Sequence record: PQ382034.1
Direction: 5' to 3' (one strand)
DNA from: Acinetobacter phage vB_AbaSI_3
Length of the DNA stretch: 64,000 nt
In this document: positions 31,021 to 40,813 of the stretch, piece after piece
Position numbering within the stretch: position 1 is the stretch's first letter
Layout: every line of letters begins with the position of its first letter
Notes under the pieces: generated by a model
What the model saw: the letters and a program-made list of their open reading frames with translations, nothing else
What the model was told of the DNA's origin: nothing
Databases searched by the model: none
Made by a program: the position numbers and the translations under genes

Positions 31021-31361
31021 TAGATTGTTTCCTCTTCAAGATTAATTTGAGCATGTTTTAATAACGTATTGATATTTATACCATCGATGCCAATCAAGTT
31101 GTCCAATTTGAATGAGCGCCATCCAGAGGATGTTTTATCGAATACTGAAATTGCTTCAACACTCGTACGGGATGCAGGTTTGTACCCGTAGCATTCAGAA
31201 CCTAATTCTTCCGTAAGAACTGCAGAATCTAGTGTACCTTGCAATACTCGAATATCGCCATTGACCTTTTGAAAAACGATTTCATGCGTACCAGAACGAA
31301 GCAATGTTGATAAGTAAGAATGAAGTTTTGTATAACCATGTTTAGTTAAATTTAAACTCAT
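31020..31361 (-). CDS. Hypothetical protein (31.x-like)
   Basis: 113-aa ORF with translational coupling to its neighbours. Confidence 0.4.
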   Translation of the reverse strand: MSLNLTKHGYTKLHSYLSTLLRSGTHEIVFQKVNGDIRVLQGTLDSAVLTEELGSECYGYKPASRTSVEAISVFDKTSSGWRSFKLDNLIGIDGININTLLKHAQINLEEETI

Positions 31362-31909
31362 TGTTCAACTCCATAGTTAGTAATATTTGACCAATCGAGA
31401 TTTTTTAACGATTGTTTGTTGATTTGAAATACGTTGATTCCTGCCGCTTCGAGAATTTTTTCCCAGCCTGGCAAGTTTCTATCATATGCCTCTGAGTAGA
31501 CCAATTGTTTAATGCCACTATTGGCAATAGCTTTTGCGCAATCTGGACACGGGCTAAGAGTGACGTACATTGTAGCACCGTCAATCGACGTGCCATTTTT
31601 TGCTGCATATAATATTGCATTAAGTTCTGCATGGATTTCATTAACTTTGGACCATTCTGAGTGAGCGTTCCGACATTCGGCTTTGAGAAGTACTTTGTTG
31701 ATGTGTGGAGGTTTCGGATTGTATTGGTTAATTGTCCATCCTTCTTGTTCGGCATGATCACAGCAATTTACTCCTCCGGCTGGTGAACCGTTATACCCAG
31801 TTGAAATAATACGCCCATTTTTGGCAATAACTGCGCCAACCTTCCAAGACATACATTTTGATTCTTGTGAAACTAAATATGCGATTTGCATAAACGTAGA
31901 TGATTTCAT
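31358..31909 (-). CDS. cd: dCMP deaminase
   Basis: 183 aa. Zinc-binding HAE...PCxxC motifs (HAELNAI, SPCPDCAKAI). Confidence 0.88.
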   Translation of the reverse strand: MKSSTFMQIAYLVSQESKCMSWKVGAVIAKNGRIISTGYNGSPAGGVNCCDHAEQEGWTINQYNPKPPHINKVLLKAECRNAHSEWSKVNEIHAELNAILYAAKNGTSIDGATMYVTLSPCPDCAKAIANSGIKQLVYSEAYDRNLPGWEKILEAAGINVFQINKQSLKNLDWSNITNYGVEQ

Positions 31910-31959
31910 TTCATTACCTCATAGAATAAGGCTATTATATTTCAAATAGCCTTATAGCT

Positions 31960-32274
31960 TCATCCAATACACAAATAACGAGAATTACGTGTTTCGACTA
32001 ATGTGAATTCACTGTCGATAGATGAAACTGATTTAACTATTGATGTACGAATCATGTCGCCATCAACAAAGCGTTCATGTTTATCAAAGAAGATTCGACC
32101 GCCAAACGAGAAGCCAGGCACAACCAAGATTAAGCCAGTACAGTCATGCTCTTTAATGAATTTTTCAGCACGTCCATCGGCTTTAAGTAAATCGATCATT
32201 TCATCGACACTTGATTTAGAAGGCACTTGGTTTAAGGTAACATCAATTGCTTTTAATTTTTGATAAAGGTTCAT
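31960..32274 (-). CDS. Hypothetical protein
   Basis: 104-aa ORF. Confidence 0.35.
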   Translation of the reverse strand: MNLYQKLKAIDVTLNQVPSKSSVDEMIDLLKADGRAEKFIKEHDCTGLILVVPGFSFGGRIFFDKHERFVDGDMIRTSIVKSVSSIDSEFTLVETRNSRYLCIG

Positions 32275-32795
32275 TGTATTTCCTCGACATGGTGTACGTA
32301 ATATTGGCCAGCAGAAGCTCTAAGAAACTTCTTGATTGCTTCTACTGCTGAAGTTGCATAAAATTCATCTTGTGGTGGATATTTTAGTTTAGTATCATGA
32401 GTGTACCAAATTTGATATTTTTTAATATACCCAAAATGAATTAAAGCATCACGATTATATTTGCCAAATGTGCCTTCCATTAGCTTATCAGCAGTAACCC
32501 ATGCAACAATCCCGGTTTCAGATTCGGCTATTTCACCTGATTTGATCTGAGAAGGTATTGCATGAAATGTGCTAACTTCAAATTCACCATCAATTGCAAT
32601 GTACGGATCATTTAAATCAAGAACTGTAGGCCAGATGCCAGTCTCTTCAAAGCATTCACGTTTGGCACCTTCAGCAATAGTTTCGCCTAGTTCGACTTTA
32701 CCACCAGGTAATCCAAAATCAGTTAGATCATCCTTGCGACTTACTGCAAGGAATTTTCCATTATTTTCAATAAGTACACATGCTGCATAACGCAT
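32271..32795 (-). CDS. Nudix hydrolase
   Basis: Nudix box GGKVELGETIAEGAKRECFEETGI. The start is taken at MRYAAC, which overlaps the pseT stop. Confidence 0.7.
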   Translation of the reverse strand: MRYAACVLIENNGKFLAVSRKDDLTDFGLPGGKVELGETIAEGAKRECFEETGIWPTVLDLNDPYIAIDGEFEVSTFHAIPSQIKSGEIAESETGIVAWVTADKLMEGTFGKYNRDALIHFGYIKKYQIWYTHDTKLKYPPQDEFYATSAVEAIKKFLRASAGQYYVHHVEEIQ

Positions 32796-33727
32796 TAAAA
32801 TTCTCCGAATTGTACTTGAGCTGCATTTACACCAATTCGACGCCAAAGTTCAATGACACGATCACGATCATCAAAAGCGCATTCAACGTTATAGTTGTCC
32901 GCAATATGTGTCCAGAAGATTTCTTCTTTAGTGACATCATCTTTACGTCGATCATCATGAGCTCGCATATACAAGTTGTCCCATGGGATTGCATTATACG
33001 ACAACCAATCTGCAGTCATGTTATAGTACTTTAGATTATCATCTTTAGTACCAGAGTTACGTCCGGATACACACAAAATTTTGTACCTATTTTGTTTGTA
33101 CATTTTAAGAATATTGACCACGAATTCTACTGGAGTATCTTTATCTAGTTTCCAGTATGCAAATGCATCACGATGATCATTATTAGCTAATGTGCCATCA
33201 AGATCAAAAATGACTGCCTTTGGTAATTCAGGATTTGGCACATATTGGCGGTGCTTTCCTAAGTACTTTTGCATACGTAAATACATGTCACGAAGAACCG
33301 GCTTAGGAACGGCTTTGTTGCCACGTGTCAAATTACGTTTTTCGAGTTCTACCCATGGCACATCAAATGGCATTTCTTCATATATGATATTATTACCAAG
33401 ATGCTCTTGCTCTTTTACCAAGAAATCATAAATCGTTTTACGAGTAGCCTCATTCAAATTTGTATCTGCGATAATAACACGATCTGTAACTTTGTCCGCT
33501 ACCGCAAGTTTTAAAGTGTGCATTAAGGATTGAGTTACTAGTGCTTCATTTTCACGTGAGTATTTGTATTTACCACCAAACAACATTGCACGCATATCAT
33601 CACGATTCAACACAATAGTTTTGTTGCCTTTGCGTGATTTTTCGGCCTGTTCTAACGCCCAAGTAGATTTACCAGAGCCAGGTGCTCCTACCGTAAGAAT
33701 TACTTTCTTATCCATCATTTGCTCCAT
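32795..33727 (-). CDS. pseT: Polynucleotide 5'-kinase/3'-phosphatase
   Basis: 310 aa. N-terminal Walker A (GAPGSGKST). C-terminal DxDGT phosphatase motif (IFDLDGTL). Confidence 0.88.
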   Translation of the reverse strand: MEQMMDKKVILTVGAPGSGKSTWALEQAEKSRKGNKTIVLNRDDMRAMLFGGKYKYSRENEALVTQSLMHTLKLAVADKVTDRVIIADTNLNEATRKTIYDFLVKEQEHLGNNIIYEEMPFDVPWVELEKRNLTRGNKAVPKPVLRDMYLRMQKYLGKHRQYVPNPELPKAVIFDLDGTLANNDHRDAFAYWKLDKDTPVEFVVNILKMYKQNRYKILCVSGRNSGTKDDNLKYYNMTADWLSYNAIPWDNLYMRAHDDRRKDDVTKEEIFWTHIADNYNVECAFDDRDRVIELWRRIGVNAAQVQFGEF

Positions 33728-33867
33728 TCAATACATAGAAAGGTATGCAGAATACCTAAGTGCTTGAAGCTGTCGTGTAACTTCATTTTGATTTCCTCAT
33801 TTGATGATGTGATAATTATATCACAAACTATTGCTCATGTAAAACTTTCTTGCGAAATTAATTGATG

Positions 33868-34188
33868 TTACCATGACACTTTGATCTGGCGATATTCTTC
33901 ATCTATTTGGATTTCATAACCATCCATAGCAAACTTTTTGAGGAAATATGAACGGCGTTTTGCAGATAGTTCACGCTGTTTATCTGTGAGTTCGGTTAGA
34001 CTTTCAACCGTTTCAAAAACATACTCAGGTAAAGCAGATTCCTTTATGATTGAATAGCTCTTACCGTTGTAAGCATCGGTGTAAATACACTCTTTAATCA
34101 ACTCGTAGTAATCATGATTCACAATAGAGTATAAATTAACTGGGTCCCAATACGAGTCACGAAGAGCTCGAATTTCAGCAATTTTCAT
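33868..34188 (-). CDS. Hypothetical protein
   Basis: 106-aa ORF. Confidence 0.35.
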   Translation of the reverse strand: MKIAEIRALRDSYWDPVNLYSIVNHDYYELIKECIYTDAYNGKSYSIIKESALPEYVFETVESLTELTDKQRELSAKRRSYFLKKFAMDGYEIQIDEEYRQIKVSW

Positions 34189-34382
34189 TATTTAGTTCTC
34201 ATACAGGTGTATTTTGTTTTTGATACAAACCGAACAGTATTTTCTTCTTTAAACTGTTCACCTGCAACCTGACACATTTGAATAGATTTAAATCCTTCGA
34301 TTCGTGTGACTACCTTGTCATCGGTAAACCAGCCGAATGTAGTCAATACTAAAACTAATGTGTACATATCAGTTACCTGCAA
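34188..34382 (-). CDS. Hypothetical small protein
   Basis: 64-aa ORF. Confidence 0.3.
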   Translation of the reverse strand: MQVTDMYTLVLVLTTFGWFTDDKVVTRIEGFKSIQMCQVAGEQFKEENTVRFVSKTKYTCMRTK

Positions 34383-34854
34383 GTAATTCGATTAATTGAG
34401 CGGCTTCTTCAAGATCAAGATTGCTAAATAGTGCATGGCGTGGTGAAGTTGACTGGCGAGCTTCTCGTTCAGCGAGTTGAACAATTTCGTCAAACGTTAA
34501 ATCTTTATGTGTTACTCCGAGGCGAATTTTAGGAGTTGCTCCACAAATAATATAGAACTTTGACCCGTTTAAATGAACATTAGGCTGTGTTTCATTGATG
34601 AACACATGTGCATTCTTAAGGCGGTCTTCAAAGAAGCGTTTAGTTTCACGAATGTTATCATTCAGCATTAATGAGTCATGGAATTTTTTACGTTCCTTTT
34701 TATCGGCTAGAGCTTGACGTTTCAGGACCTCTTTACGCAAGTCTGAAAAATAACCAACTCGTTTCCCATTTTTCAGCACACTGCACCAGTCTTTGTCATC
34801 TCCAAACATTTCAACTAAAACTTCTGGCGTTAATGTGTGTACTGTATGTTTCAT
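34369..34854 (-). CDS. Hypothetical protein at the alc position
   Basis: 161 aa from MKHTVHT with a strong RBS (GAGGAGAA). T4 Alc is 167 aa and lies between pseT and rnlA. Confidence 0.35.
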   Translation of the reverse strand: MKHTVHTLTPEVLVEMFGDDKDWCSVLKNGKRVGYFSDLRKEVLKRQALADKKERKKFHDSLMLNDNIRETKRFFEDRLKNAHVFINETQPNVHLNGSKFYIICGATPKIRLGVTHKDLTFDEIVQLAEREARQSTSPRHALFSNLDLEEAAQLIELLAGN

Positions 34855-34917
34855 AATATTCTCCTCATATGCGATATTTGATATGACTATTATACCAATA
34901 GCCATATCAAATGTAAA

Positions 34918-35154
34918 CTACTTTATCCAAAAATTTATTGCAATTTTCTCAAAGCCATTAAACTTCAAATTTTTGCATTGGCGTATGATTGGCAACGGAT
35001 TTTTAATACGATTGAGTTCATTTGAAACTCTATAAAATTCCATTGTCTTGCAAAAGACCTCATATTTGAGCTTTCTGATAAGTGCACGTTGCCTATTTAC
35101 TCGCTTCATATAAAAGATTAATGCAACAACAAGTAGTATTACTAGGCCAAGCAT
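34918..35154 (-). CDS. Small membrane protein
   Basis: 78 aa with an N-terminal hydrophobic helix. Confidence 0.35.
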   Translation of the reverse strand: MLGLVILLVVALIFYMKRVNRQRALIRKLKYEVFCKTMEFYRVSNELNRIKNPLPIIRQCKNLKFNGFEKIAINFWIK

Positions 35155-35155
35155 A

Positions 35156-36301
35156 TTAATTACCTGAGAACTCTGGGTCTTTGAATCGGTCGCAGTTCTT
35201 TAAAAACACCTTATTGATCTCTTTAACTAGATCATCTTGTGACATGTTACCAGCAAATTGTTGCATAGAGATTCCAAATAATTCGGGCTTGGCAAGTGAG
35301 TGGAAATATGCTTGAGATGTGATTGCATAGGTTTTACGATCTGAGCCTGCATGAATTTTATTAAATGAATTAAGTTCCTGCAATGACTCGCGTAAGTAAT
35401 CAAAGAAGATTTTCTCATATGTCTCTATTTTATTTCGAGAGTAATCATCTTCAAATAATGATTTCAAATCATCTGAACCGCCATCGACAATTACTGCAAA
35501 TAAGTCTTTATTATTGTTGATGGTATCCTTTACACGGTGTAGATTAGAGTACCAAGCAGTCTTGAGCTTGAATGTCAATCCATCTTCCATCACGAATACA
35601 TAACCTTCAATGTCTTCTGATGCACGAATCTCTTCTACCATCGCTGAACGATCGACTGTATCTGATAAAGGAAAGCTTTCAACAACATAACGACGAAGAA
35701 TTGGATCACGAATCAATTCACTGTATGGCACATATTCGCCAGTTTCATTATTTCGTACATTGAGCAAGATGAGTGCACGTTCAGGATATGCAATAACAAT
35801 ACGGTTGCCAGGTGAAACATACTCAAAGTTGCAAGTGAAGCCTTCATTTGCTAGCTCAAGACAACGATTATGTAAATCAACATGGTCAATGTTAGATAAT
35901 AACATTTGAGCTTCAATTGCTTGTGTAGAGAAAATCGATGTCTTAGATTTAGTACGTAAATATCCTTTGTCAACATATGTAGAGATTAATGAACCATCAG
36001 CTTTGACCATGCCGTATGCAATTTTGTTTAAATCTAAGTTCTGAGTAAATGGTGTTTCATCTAAATTAAAGAACTTCTGCATTGGCCGTGCCATAATACA
36101 GACCGGTTTGTCGCCATCCATTTCGAACATTATACCACGACACTCTAAAGCATCATCTTGTAACCAATCAGTGTATGACGCATAGTTGTATGAAAAAATA
36201 CGGACTTGAGTACCCATATTAGTAGTAAAATCTTTGTAAAAAAATTTTGAGAAATCATTTGGGTCTACTAACGCCATAAGATTTTCGAAAAGTTGTTCCA
36301 T
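35156..36301 (-). CDS. rnlA: RNA ligase 1
   Basis: 381 aa. KxDG nucleotidyl-transferase motif (MVKADGSLIS). Synteny. Confidence 0.85.
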   Translation of the reverse strand: MEQLFENLMALVDPNDFSKFFYKDFTTNMGTQVRIFSYNYASYTDWLQDDALECRGIMFEMDGDKPVCIMARPMQKFFNLDETPFTQNLDLNKIAYGMVKADGSLISTYVDKGYLRTKSKTSIFSTQAIEAQMLLSNIDHVDLHNRCLELANEGFTCNFEYVSPGNRIVIAYPERALILLNVRNNETGEYVPYSELIRDPILRRYVVESFPLSDTVDRSAMVEEIRASEDIEGYVFVMEDGLTFKLKTAWYSNLHRVKDTINNNKDLFAVIVDGGSDDLKSLFEDDYSRNKIETYEKIFFDYLRESLQELNSFNKIHAGSDRKTYAITSQAYFHSLAKPELFGISMQQFAGNMSQDDLVKEINKVFLKNCDRFKDPEFSGN

Positions 36302-36395
36302 GGTAATCTCCTAATTTATAGAACTCATTATAAACAACAATTGTTATAGCACATTCTGTTGTAAGTGGCAAGCCACGTTTCTGTTTTCTTTAGAC

Positions 36396-36421
36396 AAAAA
36401 GAAAGGAGCATATCAGCTCCT
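36396..36421 (-). terminator. Terminator after nrdB (minus strand)
   Basis: Minus-strand reading: ggagc-tgatat-gctcc followed by tttctttttg. Confidence 0.6.
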
Positions 36422-36449
36422 CAAAATCCATCAGCATCATCAGTCAGAC

Positions 36450-36470
36450 TGGTCCGGTCCCCGGACCAGA
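36450..36470. other. Perfect GC-rich hairpin ctggtccgg-tcc-ccggaccag in the nrdB-rnlA spacer
   Basis: 9-bp stem with a 3-nt loop. No T-run follows on either strand. GC-rich in an AT-rich genome. Confidence 0.5.
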
Positions 36471-36607
36471 TAACCAACGTTAATAACAAATAACGTTGTT
36501 ATTTATAACTTTTTTTCGATTGACTTCCAAATCGAATCTCAAATATCAATAACTTATAAAGGTTCGGTTACAAAAATATCTAAAAAATTGTAACCGAATT
36601 TTAATAA

Positions 36608-37759
36608 TTATTTACGTTTTAGCAAATACTTATCACGGAATTGAGCAATAACATTATCATCAACATCATTGTCAATTTGAGAGATTAAGTATGAACTTAA
36701 TTCTGCTTCTTGTTTAGCAACTTGAACTGAAGATGCTTTTAAGTATTTGTTGATCCATGGAAGTGGGTGCCGTTTAGGGCGTTCAATTGGGCACGTTAAA
36801 CCGACGTTATTCATTGACGGTACTAATTGATAATCAATGAAGTCCCAAACTAATTCAACTGTCAAGCCATCTGGGCACCCATTACGATAAACATATGAAG
36901 CCCAAGCACGTTCTTGTGCACGAACTTCCATGAATAATTCTTCGGCTTCTTCTTTACATTCAAGCGCAATTTCACGCCATTCTGTGCCATCGATGCCTTT
37001 ATTCATTTGTTGAAGAATATAACGTGTACCTTGGTGGTGCAAGTTCTCATCTCGTGCAATGAATTGCATGATTTTCATGTTACCTTCCATGATTTTCATA
37101 TTTTCAAAGAAGTTCCATGTAGAGATGAATGACACATAAAAACGAATAGCTTCTAAAGCATTAATTGCATGTAAACACATATACAATGCTTTTTTAACTT
37201 CACGTAATTGTTCTTCGGTTTCGACACCACGAATTTTGTCAGCTTGATATAAAATTACTAATTCATGTAATTTGTCATATCGTTCACAAATCGCTGTAGC
37301 ACGAGCCATAATTTCTTTATTGGCAACAACACCGTCAAAGATTTTAGAAGGATCAGAGTACAAATTACGAATAATATGAGTATATGAACGAGAATGAATT
37401 GTTTCACTAAACGTCCAAGTCATAATCCATGTTTCTAATGCAACATCAGAACAGATTGATGCTAAAACAATCGCAGGTGCTCTTCCTTGTACCGAATCCA
37501 TAAGGATTTGATAACCTAAATTGTTTGTAAAGATTTCTTGCAGGTAACCTCTGCCAGTCTCCCAGAGTTTATCAAATTGCGCTTTGTCAGTGGTTAGATT
37601 TACCTCTTCAGGGCGCCAGAAAAATGAGAGTTGCTTTGTGGTTAGCTCTTCAAATTTTTCATGTTTAACTTCTTCGTAACGTGCTACGCCAGTGTCTTCG
37701 CCAAAGAACATCGGCTGAATCATATGATTTGCTAATTGGTTAAAAACAGTATTGCTCAT
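36608..37759 (-). CDS. nrdB: Ribonucleotide reductase small subunit NrdB (no intron)
   Basis: 383 aa. Ferritin-like di-iron signature. Synteny. Confidence 0.9.
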   Translation of the reverse strand: MSNTVFNQLANHMIQPMFFGEDTGVARYEEVKHEKFEELTTKQLSFFWRPEEVNLTTDKAQFDKLWETGRGYLQEIFTNNLGYQILMDSVQGRAPAIVLASICSDVALETWIMTWTFSETIHSRSYTHIIRNLYSDPSKIFDGVVANKEIMARATAICERYDKLHELVILYQADKIRGVETEEQLREVKKALYMCLHAINALEAIRFYVSFISTWNFFENMKIMEGNMKIMQFIARDENLHHQGTRYILQQMNKGIDGTEWREIALECKEEAEELFMEVRAQERAWASYVYRNGCPDGLTVELVWDFIDYQLVPSMNNVGLTCPIERPKRHPLPWINKYLKASSVQVAKQEAELSSYLISQIDNDVDDNVIAQFRDKYLLKRK

Positions 37760-37818
37760 TTAAAATTCCTTGAATATGTGGACCTCGTAAGAGGTCCAGG
37801 TTAATATCATATCACAAA

Positions 37819-40230
37819 TTATAGTTTGCAAGCATCACAATCGGCTTGAGATGCATCGTCAGCACCAGAACCATCATCAGTGTTGTGATAGTACATATTC
37901 TTGTTACCGTAGTAGAAACAGAATAACATATCGTCCATCATTTGTGACATAGGAACTTTAGCATTTTTATAGCTATTAGGTGCATAATAAGTATTGATAG
38001 AAATAGCTTGGTCAGTCCATTTCTGTTCAATAGCCATTTGAGTTAAATAGCCTTTGTTGCCATGAGTAGCAGCAGATTGCCATGCAAAGTCATAGAATAA
38101 TTGATTAACTTCATAGTTAGGAACTACTTGGTTAAATGAACCATCTTTTGACTGTTTGTATGAGACGGGTTTTAATGGCTTCTCAACTCCGTTTGTTGAG
38201 TTAGATACTTGAGATGATGATTCACAAGGCATTTGAGCCGACAATGTAACGTTTCGCATGCCGAATTTTTTAAGATCATCTCGTAATGCTTCCCAATCAA
38301 GAACATAAACCGGAGCTACTAGTTCATCAACATTTTTACAGTACCAATCAATAGGTAATTCACCACGCCCATATCTTGTTTTCCAAAGCTGCGGCGAAGG
38401 GCCTTTTTCTTTGGCTAACTCAATCGATGCTTTGATTAGAGCATATTGTAAGCGTTCAAACAATTCATGCGTAAGTTCATTGCCATCTTCATATGAAGCT
38501 GCATTTGAAGCTAACCATGCTGCGTAGTTTGTAACACCGATACCTAGTGAACGGTATTCTTTTGCTTTAAGTGCATTTTTATGCGGGTAGTCCTGATAGT
38601 CTAGCAAGTTATCAAGAGCACGTACCATTACCATGCCGATACGGTTGATTTCATCTTGATTTTTCCAATCAAAATTGTCAAGTACCCATGCACTTAATGT
38701 ACATAAAGCAATTTCACCAAGATCTTCTTCAACATTAAAAGCATATTCATTTTCGGTTGGTATGTAATCATCCGAAACACGTTTGAATAGATTTTCAACT
38801 GTAGGCAATACAACTCGGTTAGTGCCATAAGTTTCAATAAACTTAATGATGTCTCCTTTCGCTACTGCCAAACGTTGCTCTTTATATGTTCCTAAAGCAA
38901 CAGTATGTAGAGCAATTTCTGCACAAAGGTTTGACATCTTAACTGGAGCGATGCTACGAATCCACGGCCCAAAGTTGTTTATATTGTCTACATGTGAAGG
39001 ATATAAACGAGCGGTGTTTGCACGTTCAGTCATGAATAAGCCCATGAACAATTCAGATGCTTTGATACGTTTTTTGCGAACTGATGGATCTTTTTCTAGA
39101 TTTTCATAGAGTTCACGGAAAAGTTCTTCGTCTCTGAAATATGCATCGTATAGTTTGCCATCTAATATATCCGGGCTAAACAATGTAACATAATCATTAA
39201 GCAAATAACGTTCAATCATCAAATTGTTGATTTGAATGCCATAGTCCATGTGGCGAATACGATTCTCTTCGATACCTTTGTTGTTCTTAAGAACCATAAG
39301 GTTTTCACATTCTAAGTGCCAAATAGGCCAGTATGCGGTAGCAGACCCTTTACGAATACCGCCTTGAGAACATGAATGGACTGCTGCATTCTTGAGTTTC
39401 CAGAACGGTGTAACACCAGTATGTTTGACTTCACCTGGTCCAATTTTAGAACCTTCAGCTCGAATTGCACCACCGCCGATACCAATGCCAGCACGTTTAG
39501 AAACATACTTAACAATAGCAGATGTACTTTCAGTAATTGAATCTAGGCTATCACCTGTTTCAATCAATACACATGAACTAAATTGGCGTGTAGGAGTACG
39601 AACACCTGCAAGGATAGGAGTCGGCAAACTAATTTGTTTAAGTGATGCGGCATCATAAAAATCTTTGATGTATTGCAAACGTACTGAAGGCTTTTCTTCT
39701 TGGTGCAAACACATCCCGATGAGCATGTAAACAAATTGTGGAGTTTCATAGATTTTGCCAGATGAACGATCTTTTACAAGATACTTGTCTTTCATCTGCA
39801 TTGTACCGGCATACGTGAAATTAAAGTCACGATCATGATCAATCATTGCATTTAATTGTTCATATTCAACTCGAGAATATTTTGACAATAGTTCTTGATC
39901 ATATACACCTAAATCAATTTTGTTGACGACATGTTCATACAAGTGAGGTGGATCAAATTGCCCATAAACATCTTTGCGTAACCCAAACATTGCAAGATTA
40001 GAAGCAACATATTGATAATCAGATTCTTCAATTTGAATAGAATCTGCTGCAACTTTTACGATAGCCCGTTGGATTTCGGATGTAGTCATCCCGTCTTTAA
40101 AGAATGGTTGGCAGCGCTCGTATAATTCATACGGGTTGATTTGAGTACCTTCACAAGACCATTCCAAAACTTGAATAATTTTGGCTTGATCGAATTCTTG
40201 TGCAATACCACTTGATTTGATAACTTTCAT
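37819..40230 (-). CDS. nrdA: Ribonucleotide reductase large subunit NrdA
   Basis: 803 aa. N-terminal ATP cone. Class I RNR catalytic core. Confidence 0.92.
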   Translation of the reverse strand: MKVIKSSGIAQEFDQAKIIQVLEWSCEGTQINPYELYERCQPFFKDGMTTSEIQRAIVKVAADSIQIEESDYQYVASNLAMFGLRKDVYGQFDPPHLYEHVVNKIDLGVYDQELLSKYSRVEYEQLNAMIDHDRDFNFTYAGTMQMKDKYLVKDRSSGKIYETPQFVYMLIGMCLHQEEKPSVRLQYIKDFYDAASLKQISLPTPILAGVRTPTRQFSSCVLIETGDSLDSITESTSAIVKYVSKRAGIGIGGGAIRAEGSKIGPGEVKHTGVTPFWKLKNAAVHSCSQGGIRKGSATAYWPIWHLECENLMVLKNNKGIEENRIRHMDYGIQINNLMIERYLLNDYVTLFSPDILDGKLYDAYFRDEELFRELYENLEKDPSVRKKRIKASELFMGLFMTERANTARLYPSHVDNINNFGPWIRSIAPVKMSNLCAEIALHTVALGTYKEQRLAVAKGDIIKFIETYGTNRVVLPTVENLFKRVSDDYIPTENEYAFNVEEDLGEIALCTLSAWVLDNFDWKNQDEINRIGMVMVRALDNLLDYQDYPHKNALKAKEYRSLGIGVTNYAAWLASNAASYEDGNELTHELFERLQYALIKASIELAKEKGPSPQLWKTRYGRGELPIDWYCKNVDELVAPVYVLDWEALRDDLKKFGMRNVTLSAQMPCESSSQVSNSTNGVEKPLKPVSYKQSKDGSFNQVVPNYEVNQLFYDFAWQSAATHGNKGYLTQMAIEQKWTDQAISINTYYAPNSYKNAKVPMSQMMDDMLFCFYYGNKNMYYHNTDDGSGADDASQADCDACKL

Positions 40231-40556
40231 AAATCCTCTATACTAAATTCATCTTTAAACAATTTGTTGACTATCGTCGCAATGTAATCACCATGACACG
40301 GTTTTGGCTTACAAGTGCATCCTAATCGCTGTCCTCTTAAAACTTCTAAGTGGTTACGAGTTATTTTACCACTTCGTATTTGATTAGCAAAATATTCTTT
40401 GAACAACGGGATTGCTTGATCGCCATACTCTTTTGTCGAGTAGGGATTTCCCCAGATTGTGCCTCTTGCTATATTAACATCATACTCGGATGAATATTTA
40501 TTAACAACTCTACAGACTTCGGAGCTTCTCCAAAGTCTGGTTTCATCAGAAATCAT
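40227..40556 (-). CDS. DUF4326-like protein (GNPY...CxCxPxPCHGD)
   Basis: 109 aa. GNPYS...LGCTCKPKPCHGD. Confidence 0.5.
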   Translation of the reverse strand: MISDETRLWRSSEVCRVVNKYSSEYDVNIARGTIWGNPYSTKEYGDQAIPLFKEYFANQIRSGKITRNHLEVLRGQRLGCTCKPKPCHGDYIATIVNKLFKDEFSIEDL

Positions 40557-40813
40557 TTCATTTTATCTCTGGCTTCAGTGAACTCAATCAAGAAATAAAC
40601 TGTTGCAGCTACGAAGAAACCAATAAGTGCTAAAGTGTTACTTCCGTGAGTTGCGATGTATACTAATGCAGCTATTGCTCCTGCAATAGGGAGTCCTAAA
40701 AACCAGAACTCACTCATTGCAAGAAATAAAGCTTTAAACTGCCATAGGTGCTTTAATTGCTTCATGATGTTTATATCCAATAAGATTAAAGTCGTGAACT
40801 GTAGCAGTTTCAA
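40553..40813 (-). CDS. Small two-helix membrane protein overlapping the td 3' end
   Basis: 86-aa ORF, hydrophobic. It overlaps td in another frame, and its true start may be internal. Confidence 0.25.
   Translation of the reverse strand: MKLLQFTTLILLDINIMKQLKHLWQFKALFLAMSEFWFLGLPIAGAIAALVYIATHGSNTLALIGFFVAATVYFLIEFTEARDKMK

Noticed and set aside
36500-36560. tRNA-like sequence (aaatcgaatctc) in the nrdB-rnlA spacer
   Set aside because: It lacks the GGTTCGAATCC T-loop context and an acceptor stem. No cloverleaf can be drawn.
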